Notes under the pieces: model-generated
Seen by the model: the letters and a program-made list of their open reading frames with translations, nothing else
The model's database searches: none
Told to the model about the DNA's origin: nothing
Made by a program: the position numbers and the translations under genes
Source of the DNA: Candidatus Binatia bacterium
GTDB lineage: Bacteria > Desulfobacterota > Binatia > HRBIN30
Reading direction: 5' to 3'
Assembly: GCA_026415395.1 (NCBI GenBank)
Contig: JAOAHD010000003.1
Coordinates: 57,227-121,226 of the forward strand
Length of the DNA: 64,000 nucleotides
Part shown: in pieces, positions 1 to 7,988 of the stretch
Numbering within the stretch: the stretch's first letter is position 1
Layout of the letters: the number at the start of each line of letters is the position of its first letter

Positions 1-576
1 GCCTGGCCTCTGACAACGATGATGTCTTGTCCCATGGGGGACGGTGCAGCATGTGCGATCGTTGGTCGGGCGGACCTTGCAAAGCGGCTGCGACCGGAAC
101 GGCCGGTGGTGCGCGTGGTGGCTTCAGCCTTACAAACGGAAAAGTACGCGCCAGGGCACCTCTTCATGGGCCCGGTTGTGGGCCCTCCGCAAATGACCGT
201 GGATACCGCTGCACAGGCGTACAACGAAGCTGGTGTCGGCCCGGAAGACTTGGATCTTGTGCAGGTTCATGACGCCTTCGCGATCGAGGAGCTCGAATAC
301 TACGAGCTCCTCGGTTTGTGCAGGCCTGGGGATGCGGAGAAGTGCATTGAAGAGGGAGACTTCGAGCTGCACGGGCGCCTGCCTGTTTCTACCGATGGCG
401 GCCTGATCGCGCGTGGCCACCCAGGAGGGCCGACGGGGCTAGCGCAAATTTGGGAGACGACCTTGCAGCTTCGCGGAGAAGCGGGAAAACGCCAAGTCGA
501 GGGCGCAAGAATAGGGCTTTGCCACATGATGGGCGGTGGCAGTGTTTGCGTGATCCATATTTTGCAGCGCGACTGA
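1..576 (+). CDS. Thiolase (SCP-x / nonspecific lipid-transfer type), C-terminal part; 5' end lies outside the window
   Basis: Frame is open from base 1 (no stop in 1-18). C-terminal thiolase motifs are present: CPMGDGAAC, VHDAFA, GGLIARGHPGGPTG, HMMGGGS. TGA stop at 574-576. Confidence 0.85.
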   Translation, partial: AWPLTTMMSCPMGDGAACAIVGRADLAKRLRPERPVVRVVASALQTEKYAPGHLFMGPVVGPPQMTVDTAAQAYNEAGVGPEDLDLVQVHDAFAIEELEYYELLGLCRPGDAEKCIEEGDFELHGRLPVSTDGGLIARGHPGGPTGLAQIWETTLQLRGEAGKRQVEGARIGLCHMMGGGSVCVIHILQRD

Positions 577-1416
577 GTGATGCCGGCCTTTTGGGGAGTG
601 CGACCTGACGAACGACCGGTGCGTCGGGAACATTTGGTACAGGCCCAACGGACGCTACCCCCGGAGGTGTGGCGGCGGCCTCATGCCCCTCTCGTGCGCG
701 CTGGGATTACGGGATGCGGGGAAGAGTTGCTCGTGTTGGCGTGGTCGGTCCCGATGCTCGCGGCTGAGAAGGCCGCCGGTGTTCGCTTGCTGCGACGGGT
801 GGGCCTTGGACGTGGCTCTCGGGTCGCAAATACGTTGCCCGGTGCGCTGGTTACGCCTGGCAGCCTCTTGGTTGGAGACGTCGTTGAGGAGCTTGGCGCG
901 CTCGACGTTCCCCTCGGTGCGATTGTGTCGGAACAAGCTGCAGCCTCTGCGTGGGAACTCGTGCGTTTGGTTGAGCCGAATGCCTTGGTTCTCGAGACTG
1001 CAACCGCAACGCAATTCTGGCGGGCACGGCCGCACGAAACGTGCTTGCCGCTCGACGCGGTGGTTTGGCTTCATCGGCAGATGCCGGCGGCTTGGCCAGA
1101 GTTGCCGGAGGAGGTGACCGCAAAAATCCAACTGCACTGGTTTAGCGTGCCAGAGGTGCAGTGCTTTTTCGCACACTCTTGTGGGGATCACTTTCACGTG
1201 GATGAGTTGCTGAGGGCCACCGTCGTCGATCCTGCGACCCTCGAAGCGGCTCGATCAGGCTCTCTGCTTGTGGAATGGATCGATGAGGAACAAGGGCCGG
1301 TGAGCTACCTCGTACCATGGCAAGCGCGGGCTCTTGATCGATCCTGCTCTGACGGCAAGGGATTGGTGCTTCAGTGGATCGAGGCTCCGCCTTTGCAAGA
1401 CGGGCAACAGCGGTAA
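577..1416 (+). CDS. Hypothetical protein; N-terminal half resembles PaaK / F390-synthetase-type adenylate-forming enzymes but the P-loop is degenerate
   Basis: GTG/ATG start immediately follows the thiolase stop. GSRVANTLPGALVTPGSLLVGDVVEELGALDVPLG resembles the PaaK core. ITGCGEE sits where SSGTTGKP would be expected. Confidence 0.45.
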   Translation: MMPAFWGVRPDERPVRREHLVQAQRTLPPEVWRRPHAPLVRAGITGCGEELLVLAWSVPMLAAEKAAGVRLLRRVGLGRGSRVANTLPGALVTPGSLLVGDVVEELGALDVPLGAIVSEQAAASAWELVRLVEPNALVLETATATQFWRARPHETCLPLDAVVWLHRQMPAAWPELPEEVTAKIQLHWFSVPEVQCFFAHSCGDHFHVDELLRATVVDPATLEAARSGSLLVEWIDEEQGPVSYLVPWQARALDRSCSDGKGLVLQWIEAPPLQDGQQR

Positions 1417-1440
1417 AGGGGGATCGGGAGGAACATTGCG

Positions 1441-2631
1441 ATGGACCTACGCTTGTCGCCTTCGGAAGAGGTATTTCGCCGTGAGGTGCGGGCCTGGCTT
1501 GAGCGCAACTTACCTCCCGGATGGGGCACGGCTGACTACCGTCCCCCTCGGACTGCTGAAGAACAGGTCGCGTTCGCGCGGAGCTGGCAACGAAAGCTGT
1601 ATGACGGTGGTTGGGCCGGCATTACCTGGCCGAAGGAGTACGGTGGCCGGGGAGCAAGTGTTATTGAACAGCTAATTTACAACGAAGAATATGCGCGCCT
1701 GGCGGCACCAGATATTTTGTGCCTCAAAATCGGTCTGAGTCTCGTTGGGCCAACACTGATGGCATGTGGCACCGAACAGCAGAAGCGGCGCTTCCTTGGC
1801 CCCATCCTCCGCGGCGAAGAAATTTGGTGTCAGGGGTTTTCAGAGCCCAACGCAGGTTCCGACTTGGCTTCGGTGCGTACCCGCGCAGAGCGCTCGGGTG
1901 ATGAATTGGTGGTGACCGGCCAAAAGATCTGGACGAGCGTTGCTCGCTACGCTGACTGGTGCATGCTCGTCACGCGTACCCGTGCTGACGGGCCGAAACA
2001 TCATGGGCTCACGTTCCTTTTGGTGGATATGAAAAGCCCCGGCATTACCGTGCGGCCGCTTCGGGAGATGACCGGCGAGGCATGGTTTAACGAGGTGTTC
2101 TTCGACCAGGTCAGAGTTCCGTTGGAAAATGTAGTCGGGGAGATCGACCGCGGTTGGGACGTTGTCATGGCGACCTTGGGACACGAACGCGCCGGCACGA
2201 CGCCCCACGTACGCCTGCAGGCTGAAGCCCGACGCCTCGCGAATCTTGTGAAGACAACACCCTTTGGGCGCGGCAGCGCGGCTGACGATCCGGTCGTTCG
2301 CCAGAAAGTGGCACAATCATGGATCGAGACGAGCATCTTGCGCTTCAGCGCCTACCGCAATGTAACCCGTTTGTCCCGCACCGGTGTCCCGGGACCGGAG
2401 GGGTCAATCTTGAAGCTGTTTTGGAGTGAGTTGGAACAGAGGCTGAAGGATACGGCGTTTGAAGTACTTGGCTTACGAGGTATGTTGACGTCTGAGGACC
2501 GGGGCTGTGCCGACGGAGGCTTCTGGTGTCACGAGCTGTTGTGGTCGCGCTCCGCCACCATTTATGCCGGCACTTCGGAGATTCAGCGGAACATCATCGC
2601 GCAGCGTGTGTTGGGCCTGCCTAGGGGCTAG
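1441..2631 (+). CDS. Acyl-CoA dehydrogenase family protein
   Basis: GGGAGG RBS about 10 nt upstream of the ATG. 396 aa with an ACAD-like layout (WCQGFSEPNAGSDLA, GQKIWTS, C-terminal IYAGTSEIQRNIIA). Confidence 0.9.
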   Translation: MDLRLSPSEEVFRREVRAWLERNLPPGWGTADYRPPRTAEEQVAFARSWQRKLYDGGWAGITWPKEYGGRGASVIEQLIYNEEYARLAAPDILCLKIGLSLVGPTLMACGTEQQKRRFLGPILRGEEIWCQGFSEPNAGSDLASVRTRAERSGDELVVTGQKIWTSVARYADWCMLVTRTRADGPKHHGLTFLLVDMKSPGITVRPLREMTGEAWFNEVFFDQVRVPLENVVGEIDRGWDVVMATLGHERAGTTPHVRLQAEARRLANLVKTTPFGRGSAADDPVVRQKVAQSWIETSILRFSAYRNVTRLSRTGVPGPEGSILKLFWSELEQRLKDTAFEVLGLRGMLTSEDRGCADGGFWCHELLWSRSATIYAGTSEIQRNIIAQRVLGLPRG

Positions 2632-2687
2632 CATGGCCCTGTGGTGGTGCACTAACGCGCCTGGATCGTTCAGCTACGAGATCGTCG

Positions 2688-3215
2688 ATGGCCGTTATGG
2701 CGAGCGTGTGGCGCTTCTGTCCGTTTTGTGGAGGAGAATTGGCGGCGGGGCCGCGTTCACCGCATTGGCATTGTTCCCTTTGCGGGCTCACTCACTACCG
2801 GAATCCCGCAGTCGGCGTTGCAGTGATTTTGATGGAATCGAATCAAGTTTTGCTCACGTGCCGGTCGCGGGGGCGCTACGCTGGGCTTTGGTGTGTGCCA
2901 TGCGGCTACGTCGAATGGGATGAAGATGTTCGCCGCGCGGCACAACGTGAAGTCAAGGAAGAAACCGGCCTCGAGATCGTCGTTCTCGATGTATGTGACG
3001 TGAGGTCAAACTTCCACGACAGAGACCGTCAGACTGTCGGGATTTGGTTTTGGGGCAAGCGCATTGGAGGCGAGCTCAAGCCAGGAGACGATGCCTCCGA
3101 TGCCAGGTTTTTCCCACTCGATGCCCTCCCTCCCCTAGCCTTTCCAACTGATTCTGCCGTGCTTGCGGACATCCGGCGCGGTACTTTGGTAGCGCCAACA
3201 AGCGGTGAGCATTGA
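2688..3215 (+). CDS. NUDIX hydrolase with N-terminal CxxC...CxxC zinc ribbon
   Basis: FCPFCGG...HCSLCG zinc ribbon followed by a Nudix box (GYVEWDEDVRRAAQREVKEETGLE). Confidence 0.85.
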   Translation: MAVMASVWRFCPFCGGELAAGPRSPHWHCSLCGLTHYRNPAVGVAVILMESNQVLLTCRSRGRYAGLWCVPCGYVEWDEDVRRAAQREVKEETGLEIVVLDVCDVRSNFHDRDRQTVGIWFWGKRIGGELKPGDDASDARFFPLDALPPLAFPTDSAVLADIRRGTLVAPTSGEH

Positions 3216-3236
3216 CAGCGAAAGAGCGCTTGCGCG

Positions 3237-4061
3237 TTAGAGCCCTCGCTCGAGTGCTCGCTGGGTGAACTCTTCGTCGCTGAGGTTCGAGTCGTACGAG
3301 ACTTTTAAGAAGTCCACAATTGTCCGGCTCCCGGTCGATTCGTTCCGCATTTCCATGTGGAACGGGGTCGGGATCGCGCCCACCGGGCGGATGTCGCCGA
3401 CTAGCAGCGTTTTGGCCACTTGTCCGTTTTTGTCGATCATCTCGTACTTCCGAACGATCAATTCTTTCGCGTCTACCCATGCACGTACCTTGGCGTAACT
3501 GATCTCCTTGCCGGTGGGAGTGAATTCCAACACGTGGCAAGCGGCACCGTCGAGGGTCTCCTCCCGCAGATATTCGGCTCGGGCTTCGGTGTCTTCCCAG
3601 TCCAGGATTTGCGTGATCACCGCTAAGTCTTCGTAACTGAAGTCCGTACCGACAAAGCTCTCACGCTTTGCCGCCCCGCTGATTTGGCGAGTCTTGCCAA
3701 GTTCGGGAAGATACAGCCACTGTTCATCCTTGCCCTTTGGATCTGCCCATTGCAGCATGCCCACGCCGCGGACGTCCTCTGGTGCTGAAAAAAACACGAT
3801 CGAGCGAGTGCGATCATTGTCATACTTCTTGACCTTGATCAGCAGTTCCCGCGATCGCTCCCCGCCGCGGCGGTCAACGATGCGAAGCTTCAGCTCCTGG
3901 GTGCGATCGTTCCACTTCCGCTCACCGTCGGCGAGGCGCCGCGCAGCCTCGAGGATGGAGCGTGCGCGGCTCCCGTCCTGAGCACTCGACCGGAAAGCAA
4001 CGGTGAACAGGGTCAAAAGCACTGAAACACATGCCAAGGACAAAAGCCTTTTAAGCTGCAT
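3237..4061 (-). CDS. Outer-membrane lipoprotein-sorting (LolA-like) family protein, secreted
   Basis: N-terminal signal peptide (LLSLACVSVLLTLFTVAF). LYLPELGKTRQISGAAKRESFVGTDFSYEDL is typical of the LolA-like family. Confidence 0.7.
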   Translation of the reverse strand: MQLKRLLSLACVSVLLTLFTVAFRSSAQDGSRARSILEAARRLADGERKWNDRTQELKLRIVDRRGGERSRELLIKVKKYDNDRTRSIVFFSAPEDVRGVGMLQWADPKGKDEQWLYLPELGKTRQISGAAKRESFVGTDFSYEDLAVITQILDWEDTEARAEYLREETLDGAACHVLEFTPTGKEISYAKVRAWVDAKELIVRKYEMIDKNGQVAKTLLVGDIRPVGAIPTPFHMEMRNESTGSRTIVDFLKVSYDSNLSDEEFTQRALERGL

Positions 4062-4067
4062 GTTTCT

Positions 4068-4640
4068 TCACCGCGATTCAGCTTGTTTGCCCGTATGGCT
4101 GCCATAGCCCTGGACCCACAGCAAGCCGGTGTAAACGTAATGTAAGCCAGAAACGGCAGTGGTTGTGGCCGTGACGTACCAGAGGATCGGGTTCACAACC
4201 CCCATGGGCAGATCAGGTCGCGCTAGAGTGAGGAGTGCAAAGCCAATGGTAAGCATACCGAAAAACGTGTTCACCTTGCTGATCATTGAAGGTGCAACCT
4301 CGATCGGCTCTGCAAAGAAGTACAACACGATGTAGCCCACGAGGATGACGACATCCCGCGTGGCGACGAGGATGAAGAGCCAGACGGGAAGTATTCCGTA
4401 CCACGTCAGACTTAGAAAGGAACTTACCACCAAAAGCTTATCGGCAAGCGGGTCGAGGCTCGCGCCGATGCTGCTTTTGCTCTCCATGACGCGTGCGAGT
4501 GCCCCGTCGACTGCGTCGGTGATTCCGGCAAGAAGAAATAATGCCAAAGCAGCTGCATAATGCCCACTCGTGAGCGCGATCAAGAAGACCGGTACCGCAG
4601 CAATCCGTAGGAGCGTGAGGAAGTTTGGTAGAGTGAGCAT
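4068..4640 (-). CDS. CDP-alcohol phosphatidyltransferase (PgsA-like)
   Basis: DAVDGALAR...G...DPLADK motif and multiple TM segments. Start moved to the ATG at 4640 (MLTLPNFLTLLR); the longer ORF to 4790 adds a non-homologous basic extension. Confidence 0.8.
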   Translation of the reverse strand: MLTLPNFLTLLRIAAVPVFLIALTSGHYAAALALFLLAGITDAVDGALARVMESKSSIGASLDPLADKLLVVSSFLSLTWYGILPVWLFILVATRDVVILVGYIVLYFFAEPIEVAPSMISKVNTFFGMLTIGFALLTLARPDLPMGVVNPILWYVTATTTAVSGLHYVYTGLLWVQGYGSHTGKQAESR

Positions 4641-4812
4641 GCCGTAGCCTCGTGCGTCTACCCTCCCACCACGACGGAGGCAAGCTAGCGACGGTTGGCC
4701 GCTTGCTCTCGGATGTGATGTCTTCGCGGCAGATTCAGGAGCCGCACGCACTTGCAAGCGCTTACCGCCACCTGGCAGGCCCTCGGGCAAAGATCTACAA
4801 AGGCGCTAGCTC

Positions 4813-5265
4813 ATGGCGGACGAAAGGACTTCGCAGTTGGCTCGCCCTGCGAGAATTCTGCTCGTCGAGGACAACCCCGACGATGTGGAGCTTGTGAAAC
4901 GGGCATTGCGTCGAGGTCACGTGGACAACCCGCTGACGGTTATCGGGAACGGGCGAGATGCCCTGGATCTTCTAGTGAGGGAGGCAAATCGCTTCGATCG
5001 TGCTCCCTTTGACCTGGTCTTGTTAGACCTCACGCTGCCTGGGCTGGATGGGCGGGTACTTCTTCAGGAAATCCAGGCAGACAAGCGTTTGCGGCGCATG
5101 CCGGTGTTGGTGCTTACCGGGTCGGCGCGGGAAGAGGACTGGATCAGCTCTTACAAGTCGGGAGCAGTCGCGTTTCTACGGAAGCCGTTCGATCTGCACG
5201 GGTTTCTGTCGACAATTGGCGATCTTTATGGCTATCGGATCGTCATCGTGAGAGACGAAGCCTAG
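4813..5265 (+). CDS. Stand-alone response-regulator receiver (CheY-like)
   Basis: ILLVEDNPDD, acceptor context LVLLDLTLPGLDG, and LTGS...K(P)F are receiver hallmarks. No output domain. Confidence 0.85.
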   Translation: MADERTSQLARPARILLVEDNPDDVELVKRALRRGHVDNPLTVIGNGRDALDLLVREANRFDRAPFDLVLLDLTLPGLDGRVLLQEIQADKRLRRMPVLVLTGSAREEDWISSYKSGAVAFLRKPFDLHGFLSTIGDLYGYRIVIVRDEA

Positions 5266-5305
5266 GTTGGAGCGCATCCCCTAGAAGCTGTAGACCGAAG
5301 AAAAG

Positions 5306-5321
5306 CCACCGCTGGCGGTGG
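5306..5321. terminator. Candidate bidirectional intrinsic terminator between convergent genes
   Basis: CCACCG-CTGG-CGGTGG hairpin, flanked by GAAGAAAA upstream and TTGGAGTTT downstream. This gives a U-rich tail on the minus transcript (CUUUUCUUC) and a weaker one on the plus transcript. Confidence 0.45.
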
Positions 5322-5343
5322 TTGGAGTTTAGCGCTCTTCAGC

Positions 5344-6582
5344 TCAACCCTCTGACCAAGCCACTCGGTTGCATCGGCCCCAAAAAGCAAGGGCGAACTG
5401 GAGGCATTCGGCGTATCGTTGGAAGTCGGTTGGCTTGCTCACGAATGCATTGGCGCCGGCAGAATAAGCAGCGCGGATATCCTCAGGGTCCGTTGACGAG
5501 CTCAGAATGACCACCGGTAGATGCTCCAGGGCTGGTTCTTCGCGGAGTTTGCGTACGAAGGAGACCCCATCCAGCAACGGCATGCGTAAGTCCACGAACA
5601 CAGCGGCTGGTAGACGCTTCCACGCAGTCGGACCGGCTGAGGCCAGTTCGCGGAGCCGGTGGAGAGCTGCGCGGCTATCGCGGTGCCATTCTAGCCGTTC
5701 CTCTAGGCCCGTGTCCTCGACGATGAGTCTCATCAACTCCCATTCCGCCAGCTCGTCATCAACAAGGAAAATCCGTGTGCCATAGTCCGATGCAACCGCA
5801 CTTGCTTCCGGCGAAGTGGTCGCGGCATGCCCAAGGTTATTCTCGACGGCGGCGGATGCTGGCAACACAAGTGCACTTGATTCGGCTTGTACCGCTGCGC
5901 GGCTTAGGGTGATGGTCAGGCGGTATGGGCTCTGGATTTCAAGCCGCGCGGCCGGATAGTGACGCAAACTTGCCCGGAGAATTCCTAGTTCGACAGCAGG
6001 AGCTCCGCGCTGCCGCGGAGTTGCGATCGGGCTTGTGGGTTCGTACGGCTCGATCAGGACCTCGATTCGGTCCTCACCGTCAGTTCGGGAGCAATGTAGG
6101 TGCACAGTTCGGGCTGACTCGTCCCGAGGCTCCAATTCCCCCGCGTACCGCCGGAGGGAATCGATGAGCAAGTGAAAGTGTCGGACGTCCCAACCGGTGA
6201 GGTGCAACCCATTTGTGGCGACCTGAAGTTGCACTCTTCGCAGGTGACTGGCTTGCGGGATGGGCAGTGCAAGAAGCGCAGCGTTGGTGTCGAAGGATTC
6301 CCGTGTTCGAGGCGGGGATAGCGCTTGCGCGAGGCGATGGAGGCACTCGCTCAAGTAGCCGAGCTGTTCTGCATTGGTGGCAATCCGTTCGAGGTGGCGC
6401 CGGTGCTCAGGAGGAAGAGAGCCAGACGCTTCTTCAGCGACGGCCGCGGTAAAACCGGCAATTGCCCGAATTGGGGCGCGGAAGGAATGCACGAGCTCAT
6501 AGAGGAGGTCGGCCAAATCCGATTCTTGCATGACGTCGTTTTGTGGCAGAATTGTCGCAGTTTGACTCCAGTTCTGTGACAA
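5344..6582 (-). CDS. Hybrid HisKA-like / receiver protein with a degenerate kinase catalytic domain
   Basis: The H-box-like ELVHSFRAPIRAIAGF is present. The region where N/G1/G2 boxes are expected lacks them. The C-terminal receiver is intact (RIFLVDDE, VFVDLRMPLLDG, ILSSS, SKP). Confidence 0.65.
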   Translation of the reverse strand: MSQNWSQTATILPQNDVMQESDLADLLYELVHSFRAPIRAIAGFTAAVAEEASGSLPPEHRRHLERIATNAEQLGYLSECLHRLAQALSPPRTRESFDTNAALLALPIPQASHLRRVQLQVATNGLHLTGWDVRHFHLLIDSLRRYAGELEPRDESARTVHLHCSRTDGEDRIEVLIEPYEPTSPIATPRQRGAPAVELGILRASLRHYPAARLEIQSPYRLTITLSRAAVQAESSALVLPASAAVENNLGHAATTSPEASAVASDYGTRIFLVDDELAEWELMRLIVEDTGLEERLEWHRDSRAALHRLRELASAGPTAWKRLPAAVFVDLRMPLLDGVSFVRKLREEPALEHLPVVILSSSTDPEDIRAAYSAGANAFVSKPTDFQRYAECLQFALAFWGRCNRVAWSEG

Positions 6583-6642
6583 GAACTGCCGCCGTTTTTG
6601 TCGGCAAGCAACCGGTTTTTAGCCGCATTCCTGCAGGAGCTG

Positions 6643-7929
6643 CTATTCCACCGCTTCGCCGACAGCGCTCCTCCGAAGCTGACCCGCGAGCCGGGCCGGA
6701 ACCAACGCACGGAGCTGGATCGCCTCGGGCGAGTAGTGTTCTTCGATCACTCTTCCAAGTTGGCGCGCTCGAGCGACGAGATCCCCTCGGCTGAAAGGTA
6801 ATCGCACGCGCACCTCCTCGAACAGTGTTAGCAGTTGCTCTTCGACAATAGAGAGGAGTTGCTTGAGTCCGCTGCCGGTGCGGCCAGAGACCAAGCAGGT
6901 CCTGATATCCGGAGGTACAAATGGGGGGCAGGATACAACGTCCATCTTATTGAACACGAGTACCCGTGGTTTCTGGTCAGCACCGAGCTCGCGCAAAACA
7001 GCCTCGACCACGGTCTGCTGGTGTTCTGCCTGCGGATGGCTGGCATCGACGACATGGAGCAAGAGATCCGCGGTTTGCACTTCCTCGAGAGTACTTTTGA
7101 AAGCGTCGATGAATCCGTGCGGTAGCTTGTGGATAAAACCAACCGTGTCAGCGAGCAGTGCGTTCAGTCCGCTCGGAAGCCGGAATACTCTTACCATAGG
7201 GTCGAGCGTTGCGAACAGTTGGTCTGCGACCAGAGCGTGCGCTGCCGTGAGTCGATTCATCAGCGTGGACTTGCCTGCGTTCGTGTATCCAACCAAGGCG
7301 ACCACGGGCAGTGGTACGTCGGCGCGACTGCGGCGGTGAAGGTGGCGTGTCCGGGCGACTTCACGCAACCGCCGTCGCAGTACGGCTACCCGTTCACGGA
7401 CCTTGCGGCGGTCGACCTCGAGCTGCGTTTCGCCCGGGCCGCGCGTGCCGACCCCTCCACCGAGGCGCGACAAGTGCTGCCACTGCCTGGTCAACCTCGG
7501 CAGCAGATATTGGAGCTGCGCAAGCTCCACCTGAAGCTTCCCTTCCAGGCTACGCGCGCGCTGGGCAAAAATGTCGAGAATCAGCTGACTGCGGTCGATG
7601 ACTTTGAGACCGATCGACTGCTCGAGGTTACGCTGTTGCGCCGGCGCCAAAGGCTCATCGAAAATGATCACCTGGGCTTGATTTTCCCAGGCGTACCGCC
7701 GCACTTCCTCCACTTTTCCAGAGCCGATAAACGTGGCAGGTTGGGGGCGGGTGAGCACTTGCAGTACCCGTCCAACCACGCGTACGCCGGCACTTTCAGC
7801 AAGCCGTTCGAGTTCATCGAGAGATTCGCTCCCGCTCAGAAGCTCGCGCTTGTGGCGTTCTACGCCGACGAGAACCGCCCGCTCCGGCTGCTGGCCGTTT
7901 CCTATTAGCCAGGAGCCACGCGGTTGCAT
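6643..7929 (-). CDS. hflX: GTPase HflX
   Basis: HflX N-domain (ERAVLVGV...), G1 GYTNAGKST, DTVGFI, NKMD. Start set at the ATG at 7929 because the 8115 start would overlap the dnaE 3' end by more than 120 nt. Confidence 0.9.
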   Translation of the reverse strand: MQPRGSWLIGNGQQPERAVLVGVERHKRELLSGSESLDELERLAESAGVRVVGRVLQVLTRPQPATFIGSGKVEEVRRYAWENQAQVIIFDEPLAPAQQRNLEQSIGLKVIDRSQLILDIFAQRARSLEGKLQVELAQLQYLLPRLTRQWQHLSRLGGGVGTRGPGETQLEVDRRKVRERVAVLRRRLREVARTRHLHRRSRADVPLPVVALVGYTNAGKSTLMNRLTAAHALVADQLFATLDPMVRVFRLPSGLNALLADTVGFIHKLPHGFIDAFKSTLEEVQTADLLLHVVDASHPQAEHQQTVVEAVLRELGADQKPRVLVFNKMDVVSCPPFVPPDIRTCLVSGRTGSGLKQLLSIVEEQLLTLFEEVRVRLPFSRGDLVARARQLGRVIEEHYSPEAIQLRALVPARLAGQLRRSAVGEAVE

Positions 7930-7988
7930 GGCTGAAGACGGGTCGACTAGATTTCCTTGAGTTGGCCGTGTGGACCCGATCGGTTGTC

